A stretch of 64,000 nt of DNA from a virus: positions 1 through 64,000 of the IMG/VR virus record IMGVR_UViG_3300033145_002224. The stretch is one strand, 5' to 3'. The first letter of the stretch is position 1. Each line of letters starts with the position of its first letter. Below the pieces are notes generated by a model. The model worked only from the letters and a program-made list of their open reading frames with translations, did not search any database and was not told where the DNA came from. Made by a program: the position numbers and the translations under genes. Below, one piece after another: positions 57,701 through 64,000 of this stretch.

Positions 57701-57875
57701 CTTTGGTCATTTGCCAATAGCTTCCCATATCTTCCAATATTAAATTTACATCATTCCAACTATTATCAGTTCCTTTATAATGTAAATGTCCAGTACTAAT
57801 TTTTGTATCACAAGTACCATCACCATTATCAAAAGTCTTACTATGATATTGTCTTTTGTTTAGTATTTCAATCAT
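54777..57875 (-). CDS. Large mucin-like Ser/Thr-repeat protein (paralogous N-domain, two S/T tracts)
   Basis: KRQYHSKTFDNGDG...HLHYK...WNDVNL; S/T tracts at ~56375-56510 and ~55195-55900. Confidence 0.8.
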   Translation of the reverse strand: MIEILNKRQYHSKTFDNGDGTCDTKISTGHLHYKGTDNSWNDVNLILEDMGSYWQMTKASYKLFIQKDFNAKQLIRFDNVYRGSNHKIYYEPKMLAWVNKEDFSDMQVFRNQFAVKGKLIGNAIRYENAFGDGIHFEITLSSKGFKKEIIIDNYDKIGKSPTEKHQLAVLFKFDTDKELNIKNKVSLTEWNKNEYFESENGFKIEEASDKKSWIRSAYIHDKDELSIQKIKIFWKKYNSNLWQVKILPKQFLLDAEYPVKADTITDFDYDSTNSSCHQSDNKATLALARDATTATRGAGFSGNALHYSKYATYYVRRGEIYYNTAVIPDGDIVSAAVCWFRLYATGGNTNGYDLVALNHTDNINIESPMVDEDFNDYESTSIGSRDLTDFTTAGADIDVGLSLTDFDCINKTGNTIVGFRLSGDISGVTPTGANVLRVDIWDGNEPYIKITHAVGGTTTTTSSSTSSSTSSSTSSSTSSSTTSSTSSSTSSSTSSSTSSITTLEYVDYYFDASDNGPTDTGGAWSDDALAFNSDTVDAATTTTGGNDTSNYLLGGGTSAIDDASNIGYVEVRVAGAISNNDDSLIAKFYTDGLIDLLCTINHTSLGWSYSTWRTLNVPSGGWTWAKIQALEVKFYFDKVSGTNCNASIAEVRIHHNAAPTTTSSSTSSSTSSSTTSSTSSSTSSSTTSSTTSSTSSSTSSSTTSSTSSSTTSSTSSSTSSSTSSSTTSSTSSSTTSSTSSSTSSSTSSSTSSSTSSSTSSSTSSSTSSSTSSSTSSSTSSSTSSSTSSSTSSSTTSSTSSSTTSSTSSSTTSSTSSSTSSSTSSSTSSSTSSSTSSSTSSSTTSSTSSSTTSSTSSSTTHTFSSTSSSTSSSTTYTLSSTSSSTSSSTSSSTSLPTDEDYSRGNYAALPADETDLENLFGGADYINVRTDNDVYVAQAAISENAIFLFKDQHDSNTEAPTLIWKGKSTTAPSASTVYLQIYNFDSTTWEALDNDSTTAADTEFTLTGTKTLNVSDYYDGSNWVAGRVYQEDT

Positions 57876-57888
57876 GTTTTACTATAAA

Positions 57889-58734
57889 TTAAATCGATAA
57901 ATGATAATCATGCTCATCTCTAAAGAATTTAACCTTTGGAGAACCAACCTTACCCATTTGGTACCCTTTCATTTGGGCGTAGGACATATCATATCCCAAA
58001 TAATGACCAGTTACGATTACTAATTTCTTATGATAACTAATTATTTTATTCTTATAATCCACCATTTGCTCCTCAATAGTATCTGAAATCATGTCGTGTG
58101 TGTGTCCAGTAGCGAATACATCACACCTAAATGAACGTGATGCATCTATAGCGGCTTTCAATTTAGTGTGAGAAAATCTAGAACCAGTACTTCCATGAAT
58201 AGCATAAACTGTATAATTCTGCTTTCCAACCTTAAACCAACTCCATCTAGCAGAAAATAGATATGGCACATCTAAAAATCCACAAATTATTTTAGTTACA
58301 TTAATAGATGTAGCATTAGAGATCCTGTCTTCATGATTACCCTTAAGTAACCCAAGTAATAAACCAGCCTTTGCGACTGGTGCTAATAGACTTATAACTT
58401 CCTCCATTTGAGAATGTGGATTAAGTTTCTGTTGATAAACAGAGTCGCCTATAGAAGATGTCGTACCGCACTCCATCAAATCACCCATTCCAAGCACATA
58501 TATACCCTTTTCTACACAATATTCTAGGTTAGCCTTAGCTTTATCCAATAATGTAGTAGGATAACCAAGGTGTAAATCTCCAAAAAACAATACTTCAGCA
58601 TAATCTTTGCCTGGTCGGCACTTTAATGTGTGTTTATTAATAGATACTGGCCTACCTGGTCTTAAACTTTTAACAACCACCTCCATTTGGTCTAAACCAG
58701 TTTGTTCTCGTTGAAAAATGCTTTGTTTTTTCAT
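57889..58734 (-). CDS. Calcineurin-like metallophosphoesterase
   Basis: GDLHLG, GDLME, GNHED, IHG, GHTH. Confidence 0.9.
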   Translation of the reverse strand: MKKQSIFQREQTGLDQMEVVVKSLRPGRPVSINKHTLKCRPGKDYAEVLFFGDLHLGYPTTLLDKAKANLEYCVEKGIYVLGMGDLMECGTTSSIGDSVYQQKLNPHSQMEEVISLLAPVAKAGLLLGLLKGNHEDRISNATSINVTKIICGFLDVPYLFSARWSWFKVGKQNYTVYAIHGSTGSRFSHTKLKAAIDASRSFRCDVFATGHTHDMISDTIEEQMVDYKNKIISYHKKLVIVTGHYLGYDMSYAQMKGYQMGKVGSPKVKFFRDEHDYHLSI

Positions 58735-58773
58735 TTTATTGTTATTTTAATAATAATTTTGTTTAAATATTAT

Positions 58774-58817
58774 AAAAAAAGACAAATTAACGCGTAAACA
58801 CGCACATAATTCGTCTT
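58774..58817 (-). terminator. Intrinsic terminator / attenuator
   Basis: AAGACGAATTA...TAATTTGTCTT stem plus T-run on the minus strand. Confidence 0.55.
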
Positions 58818-58839
58818 CATATACATTTCATTTATTAAT

Positions 58840-58858
58840 ATTATACCATAAGTACCCC
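58840..58858 (-). promoter_or_regulatory. Class-2 promoter
   Basis: GGGGTACTTATGGTATAAT. Confidence 0.7.
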
Positions 58859-58877
58859 TATTCTTTGCTAAAATTGC

Positions 58878-59279
58878 TTACTTTTGTCCCTTTAAACGTT
58901 TTCTTAGTAATTTTAATGATACCCCCCTTTCATATGGTAAATAAATCACTGGTAATCCATATAAAAAATCTTTTTTAAATTTAATCTTTCTATTATCACC
59001 TATAAAAATAACATCTGGATTATATCTTTTTATAGACTCTATTTTATCAAAATCATTTGACTGCATATCTACATCATCAACATATTTATTAGCCATAACT
59101 ATTTTAAATCTCTGATAAAATGGGACTATTGGTAAATATCCATTCTTTTCTTCTATATATTCATCGGTAGAAACGCATACAACTAATCTACTACATAAAC
59201 TATTAGCCATTCTGAGTGACATTAGATGACCATATCCAAAAAGGTCAAAGCTTCCATAGAGCATTCCTATTTTATACAT
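58878..59279 (-). CDS. TagD-like cytidylyltransferase (HxGH altered to GYGH)
   Basis: GSFDLFGYGH, VSTDE, RFKIV...KYVDDV, FIGD, YLPY..GVS. Confidence 0.85.
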   Translation of the reverse strand: MYKIGMLYGSFDLFGYGHLMSLRMANSLCSRLVVCVSTDEYIEEKNGYLPIVPFYQRFKIVMANKYVDDVDMQSNDFDKIESIKRYNPDVIFIGDNRKIKFKKDFLYGLPVIYLPYERGVSLKLLRKRLKGQK

Positions 59280-59934
59280 GATTTTTATGATTATTAATTG
59301 GTATTGTTAGAGCTTCTTCCACCGACCAATTCCATCTATTTATACGTTCACGAAGTGTAGATTTGTTTATACCTGTTTTTTCTGCCCATTGTTTCATACT
59401 TAAAGCCTGTTTATTAAAAATAAGTATATGATTATTTCTTCTGTTATTAGCTTGTTTTTTATATGTAGACCATTCACAGTTTTCTAAATAATAATTTTTA
59501 TCATTATTTATTCTATCTATAGTCGTTTGTTTTTCTCCATATTTATTTATATGTTTTAGATAGTTTTTATACATATCATCTCTAAAATTCTCAAATTTTA
59601 ACCACCTATCACAAACAATAATTCCTCGTCCACCATAGTTTTTGTATGCTTCATGTTTTTTATTAAAGCATCTAGTCTTCATATTTCTCCAAACTCTATA
59701 AAAACGAGTTTTATACATTCCATGTTTTTTCCCATTAATATTATTACTTCTTATACATCCACAACTTTTAGTATTCCCATGTACCACATGTCCCTTACGA
59801 ATTATTCTTTCTTTTCCACAATCACATTTAAAAAGCCAAAGATGATGACCATCGTTCCCAGTATTACTGAATCTAACTGCGGTTAATTTATTATATTTTT
59901 TTCCTGTAATATCTATGTTTTTATATTTATTCAT
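59272..59934 (-). CDS. HNH-family homing endonuclease (copy 2; probable start 59934)
   Basis: IDITGKKY, WLFKCDCG, YKNYGGRGI.VCDRW, TIDRINND.NY..ENCEW. Confidence 0.88.
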   Translation of the reverse strand: MNKYKNIDITGKKYNKLTAVRFSNTGNDGHHLWLFKCDCGKERIIRKGHVVHGNTKSCGCIRSNNINGKKHGMYKTRFYRVWRNMKTRCFNKKHEAYKNYGGRGIIVCDRWLKFENFRDDMYKNYLKHINKYGEKQTTIDRINNDKNYYLENCEWSTYKKQANNRRNNHILIFNKQALSMKQWAEKTGINKSTLRERINRWNWSVEEALTIPINNHKNHV

Positions 59935-60559
59935 ATTTCCTTTGTTTAAATAATTTTTTACACACACTAGCTAGTTTCTTCTCGTCAATCTTGTGATTAA
60001 CATACCGACCAAGCTCTTTTAATGGTTCATCTCCAATATAATCATCTGGATACATTACTGAAACATGTGGAATGTTATATTTATTAACCAAATAATATAT
60101 ATTACCAATTCTTGCCATGAAGTCTGCATAAATATTAACCAGTGGCTCTGTCGGTGCTCCACCATAGGCTCTATCAGCTCTTTTTGCACTATTTGCTGAG
60201 TCCCAAACATCTCGTAAACAAATAATAACTAAGTCAATTGGAAAATCTATTTTTATCCATGCCTCTAATGTTTTAGAAAGTCGTGGATCTTTAACAAAAT
60301 CAATCCTGTCCGGCTGTAAATTTATTTCATCCCTTATTTCTTTCGCCCTACTGAGCATAAAATCCATTGATAGCCAACGATTCAATTTATAACAACGCGG
60401 TCCGATATGTCTGTTAAGTTTTGAGAATTCAGCATCCTCAAGTCCAGCTCTAGACGTACCATACCATCTTACCTTCTCACCAAACTTCCCACCACATTCC
60501 CTTAATATTCGTGCTAGAATTGATGTTCCACTCCTCCCACTTCCAGTTATAAAAATCAT
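59927..60559 (-). CDS. Sulfotransferase-family protein
   Basis: ITGSGRSGTS 5'-PSB loop, VKDPRL, ICLRDVWDSANS 3'-PB motif. Confidence 0.8.
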   Translation of the reverse strand: MIFITGSGRSGTSILARILRECGGKFGEKVRWYGTSRAGLEDAEFSKLNRHIGPRCYKLNRWLSMDFMLSRAKEIRDEINLQPDRIDFVKDPRLSKTLEAWIKIDFPIDLVIICLRDVWDSANSAKRADRAYGGAPTEPLVNIYADFMARIGNIYYLVNKYNIPHVSVMYPDDYIGDEPLKELGRYVNHKIDEKKLASVCKKLFKQRKYE

Positions 60560-61080
60560 ACTTGTAAAATCCCTAATCCAGCCATACCATAATTAAGGGA
60601 TATTTTATTAAGGCCCTCAAACTCAGGTGAATTCCAAAGATCTTTAACTCCATGTTTCTCAATGTTAATATCATGAAAAATAATAAAACCACCTTTCTCA
60701 ACTAAAGAAGCATATAGTTCATAATCCCTTTTTACACCCTCATAAGAATGGTCACCATCAATTAATAAAAAACTATATTTTTTATCATCTACAAACGATA
60801 GTGTCTCAATTTTACTAGAGTTGGCAACAACATTATTCCAATATGGTTTTAAGTCATCAGATAAAATATTTGTAAGTCGTGATTTTATATCAATAGACGT
60901 TAAAAGACCATGCTTATTTTCGTGCATGGCAGATAGTATAACGCGTGTGCTTTGCCCTTTCATGACACCAATCTCTAAGACATAATCAGGTCTCATTTCA
61001 AGCGTCATTTCATAAAGTAAAAGAGTATATGGTCGCATTGCTCTTCTCATTTTTTTCATCTCTAAAATTGTGTTGTTCAT
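60556..61080 (-). CDS. Class I SAM-dependent methyltransferase (Methyltransf_24-like)
   Basis: VLEIGV..GQST, SIDI, IDGDHSYEGV..D, GGFIIFHD. Confidence 0.9.
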   Translation of the reverse strand: MNNTILEMKKMRRAMRPYTLLLYEMTLEMRPDYVLEIGVMKGQSTRVILSAMHENKHGLLTSIDIKSRLTNILSDDLKPYWNNVVANSSKIETLSFVDDKKYSFLLIDGDHSYEGVKRDYELYASLVEKGGFIIFHDINIEKHGVKDLWNSPEFEGLNKISLNYGMAGLGILQV

Positions 61081-61922
61081 AGTTTTAAATTATTTTCTTT
61101 TAAATATTGTTTAATTGTTAGGTCGTGTGGACTGGAAAATATTTCACCGTATTCCTCCGGTGTATATCTATTAGCCTCTTTTTCTAAGTGCCATAATTTA
61201 GTATTAAGATAATTGTCCCAGTTTTCTGCTATCTTCCATTTCCAATGATCTAATCTCCATTGTCGTTTCTCCTGTGTTAGCATTGCAAGGTGAACATTAA
61301 GACGCATTACTCTTATCTTCTGTTTTTTTTCAATTGGATATATGTGACATAATCCCTTATATGGTGTAAATGTTTGTTGTAAATCTGGCTTAAAAATACG
61401 TAGGTGGGTGTGCATGCATTCTTGACGAACAGTAAACATATCACCAAAAACATCAACTGGTTTCATGATTACAGCCTTTTTATCGTCCTGACCGGCTAAT
61501 TGTTTTAATATAACTTCTACATGATCTGAGAACAGTTCATCAGAATCCGGGGCCATTACAATATCTATCTTCTCACCTCCTTTAATCAACCCAAGAATAT
61601 GTTGTAACATAACCTCTCTAATTTCACCTTGTATAGTGTTGAAACGCTTAAAAAGCCCCCTTACTCGCGTTTCATGGGCATCTTTAGTCCATTTACCGCC
61701 TAAACTGTTTCGTACGTTAGAGTCAAATATTTCAACTCTTTTACTGTATTGTTTTTTATAGTTTTCAACTATCCTTCTTGTTTTTCTGTCCTCATTATCC
61801 AACATTATAATTATCCTATCTGTCCACTTTAATAATGCTGGAATTGTATGATGTAGAATATCACCACACCTCGAAACCATCATTGCTCCAACTATATTTT
61901 TTTTCTCTAAAAAGTTTCTCAT
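61077..61922 (-). CDS. GT-A-fold glycosyltransferase-like protein
   Basis: DRIIIMLD...PDSDE (DxD); cluster context. Confidence 0.65.
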   Translation of the reverse strand: MRNFLEKKNIVGAMMVSRCGDILHHTIPALLKWTDRIIIMLDNEDRKTRRIVENYKKQYSKRVEIFDSNVRNSLGGKWTKDAHETRVRGLFKRFNTIQGEIREVMLQHILGLIKGGEKIDIVMAPDSDELFSDHVEVILKQLAGQDDKKAVIMKPVDVFGDMFTVRQECMHTHLRIFKPDLQQTFTPYKGLCHIYPIEKKQKIRVMRLNVHLAMLTQEKRQWRLDHWKWKIAENWDNYLNTKLWHLEKEANRYTPEEYGEIFSSPHDLTIKQYLKENNLKL

Positions 61923-63031
61923 AAATTAAAAATCTTAGTCATTCTATCCTCATCACTTAGCCCCCTCTCATAAGGTAAAGATGGATTAGATAAAACTTTT
62001 TTTGGGTCTTCATTCGAAAATAGAACCCATCCAAAATCAATTAGATATATTTTATTTGATAATTCCATTATATTAGCGTGTTTAATGTCTCTGTGTTCTA
62101 TACCATTTTCTTCTAATTCTTTTAAAATTTCCCTTGCATCATCCTTATATAGTGAGTGATCTATCCTTCTGTGTCTTCCAACATAATCCATTATTAAATA
62201 ATTATCACCTACTTCTAATATATTTGGATAATGATCATATTCTTTAAGCATTTTATATGCCCTTAATTCCCGGTCCTTAACCCAGTTATATTTAGGACGA
62301 TATATTTTTTTAATATACTTTCTGTTTATTCTTTCTACTATAGATGTTGTCGCTCGTTTAGTACCATCAATAATCAACCATGGACGAACACAAACAAAAA
62401 CTCTTCTACCACCAAGCCAACCACTGTTAGAGCCATAATCAGCTATGATATCAAAAATGGTGCATTCTTCTACCCAATGCTTAATATCTTCTTGTGTAGC
62501 TCCAACTATTCTGGCCATACCATCGTTAGCCGCACTTTCAAAAATCAACATATCACATTTTTTAGACACCTCAAAGAGTAAGTCTTTCGCGTATTTCATA
62601 CCATGCTGTTTTACTATCCACATCCATTGGGATAACCACACAATAACATCTACCTTCTCTAGGGATTTAACCCACTCTATGGTTATTTCTCCATTAATAA
62701 ATTCTACATTATCTAATTTAAGGTGCTTGGCAGCCGCCCTGGCTACATCTATACTCTGATTATCATAATCGATACCAATAACCTTAGTAGCCTTACGCTG
62801 TGCTAATCCAAGAGAAATTCCACCAACACTACAACCTATATCAAGGATCGTTTTATTTTTTGGCTTAATAATTCTTGCAATTTGTTTCATTCGTGCCAAC
62901 GTATTACCTCTATGACGTTGATGGTGATCTAGGCCAGGAAACGGTAAATCATGATATAGTTTACCATCAGCAGTAGAGCTACCCGCAAAACTACGTCCTT
63001 TTATATTTTGTACTTCTTTTTCTAAACTCAT
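61919..63031 (-). CDS. Methyltransferase-kinase fusion (WbdD-like architecture)
   Basis: ILDIGCSVGG, GIDYD, then kinase YIKK, RELRAY, IMDYVG, HRDIKHANI, LIDFG. Confidence 0.85.
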   Translation of the reverse strand: MSLEKEVQNIKGRSFAGSSTADGKLYHDLPFPGLDHHQRHRGNTLARMKQIARIIKPKNKTILDIGCSVGGISLGLAQRKATKVIGIDYDNQSIDVARAAAKHLKLDNVEFINGEITIEWVKSLEKVDVIVWLSQWMWIVKQHGMKYAKDLLFEVSKKCDMLIFESAANDGMARIVGATQEDIKHWVEECTIFDIIADYGSNSGWLGGRRVFVCVRPWLIIDGTKRATTSIVERINRKYIKKIYRPKYNWVKDRELRAYKMLKEYDHYPNILEVGDNYLIMDYVGRHRRIDHSLYKDDAREILKELEENGIEHRDIKHANIMELSNKIYLIDFGWVLFSNEDPKKVLSNPSLPYERGLSDEDRMTKIFNL

Positions 63032-63669
63032 TTATTTCTACTGTAAAATATCCACGTAGGGATATGTTTTATATATATTTTATCTTCGCCCTCACCTTTA
63101 GCTATTTTTTCTAAAAGTTCAATATCAAATTTATATCGCCGCTCCGGCCTGGCATTAAAATAACCATATTTATCAAAAAGTTCTTTTTTATATAAGAACC
63201 CTCCTAAATCACATTTTTGATGTTCTATCTTACATGTCTGAATTTTCTTATAATTTGGGTCTTTTGTACTCCTTATTTCAAAATCGGTTCCTAGTAAGGT
63301 GGCACTAGGAACTTTTTTATGCATGTCGACTAGTGTTTCTAAATGATTTGGATACCAAATATTATCTTCGTCATGCAAAATTATCCAATGCTCATCCCAA
63401 TTTTGCCTTCTACTCTGATGATGATAAACGAAAGAAGCCATTATCCCTATATTCCTAGCATAACAACCCGACCAATATGTTCTAATACCTAGGTCTATCC
63501 AGTGGCGTTTTTTACCATCACAATACTTCTTAAATTCTTTTCTAACCCCTGGGTTATTATCATTTATTAATATATGTTCCCACTCTGTAAATGTTTGAGC
63601 ATCAACAGATTTGATTAACTTCTTTAGATTTTTAACCTGCCAACAAGCAGATATTATTGTTATTTTCAT
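63028..63669 (-). CDS. Glycosyltransferase family 2
   Basis: ITIIS...SVDAQTFTEWEHILIND...ARNIGI...HDEDN..YPNHLE. Confidence 0.85.
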   Translation of the reverse strand: MKITIISACWQVKNLKKLIKSVDAQTFTEWEHILINDNNPGVRKEFKKYCDGKKRHWIDLGIRTYWSGCYARNIGIMASFVYHHQSRRQNWDEHWIILHDEDNIWYPNHLETLVDMHKKVPSATLLGTDFEIRSTKDPNYKKIQTCKIEHQKCDLGGFLYKKELFDKYGYFNARPERRYKFDIELLEKIAKGEGEDKIYIKHIPTWIFYSRNK

Positions 63670-64000
63670 GTTTTTTTAACTAAGCCCATTCCGTCTCCCC
63701 AATCTAAGTTTACTTTGGGATAATTAATCTCAGTCCAAAATTGCCTTACACCTTCCCAGTGAACAGTATCATGCATAAATATATATCCACCAGTTTTAAC
63801 AAATTTTTCATAGTTATAAAAATCAGCTTTAGCCATATCATAACTATGATTGCCATCAACTATTAATATATCTATTTGTTTATTCCAGGTTTTATGAAAA
63901 TCGATAGAATTAACACAATGAAAGACCCATCTATTCTTGTATTGCTCAGGCACCCTAGCACGATTACTACAATCTTTTATATCACAACTATGTAAAATAC
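63666..64000 (-). CDS. Class I SAM-dependent methyltransferase, truncated by the window edge
   Basis: IDILIVDGNHSY..AKADF...GGYIFMHD; the frame stays open to the edge. Confidence 0.8.
   Translation of the reverse strand, partial: ILHSCDIKDCSNRARVPEQYKNRWVFHCVNSIDFHKTWNKQIDILIVDGNHSYDMAKADFYNYEKFVKTGGYIFMHDTVHWEGVRQFWTEINYPKVNLDWGDGMGLVKKT

Overview
The window is an AT-rich fragment of a large dsDNA tailed-phage genome read in the standard code. It holds no rRNA, housekeeping operon, integrase or CRISPR array. Terminase, portal and major capsid genes were not recognised and probably lie beyond the right edge. Start codons mostly lack Shine-Dalgarno motifs and a DUF5659-like gene is present, which weakly suggests a Patescibacteria/CPR-like or Bacteroidota-like host (inference only). 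Layout: (1) 1-2.1 kb, an extremely A/C-skewed + strand block; (2) 2.2-16.1 kb, a leftward early/replication arm with CHAP, SemiSWEET, RlpA, 2 tRNAs, a Ubl-E2-JAB-E1 ubiquitin-like operon behind recA, a stand-alone glycyl-radical peptide, a CHC2 zinc finger, DnaB and a replication initiator; (3) 16.3-34.1 kb, a rightward DNA-metabolism arm with Fic, HADs, PD-(D/E)XK endonuclease plus a split MT-A70 methylase, GT2, an intein-containing SNF2, HD, ParB, SbcCD, RuvC and HNHs; (4) 34.1-64 kb, a leftward podovirus-like virion module (ejection proteins, M23, tail adaptor/nozzle/fibres), three mucin-like Ser/Thr-repeat genes and a glycan-modification cluster. The strongest candidates for new biology are the phage-encoded ubiquitination cassette, a hairpin-flanked CCG-TAA-T-CCG interruption of the MT-A70 catalytic motif beside a free-standing endonuclease (candidate 7-nt ribosomal bypass), and a possible glycosylated/sulfated mucin-like virion coat. 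All family calls come from motif recognition by eye; no database search was run.
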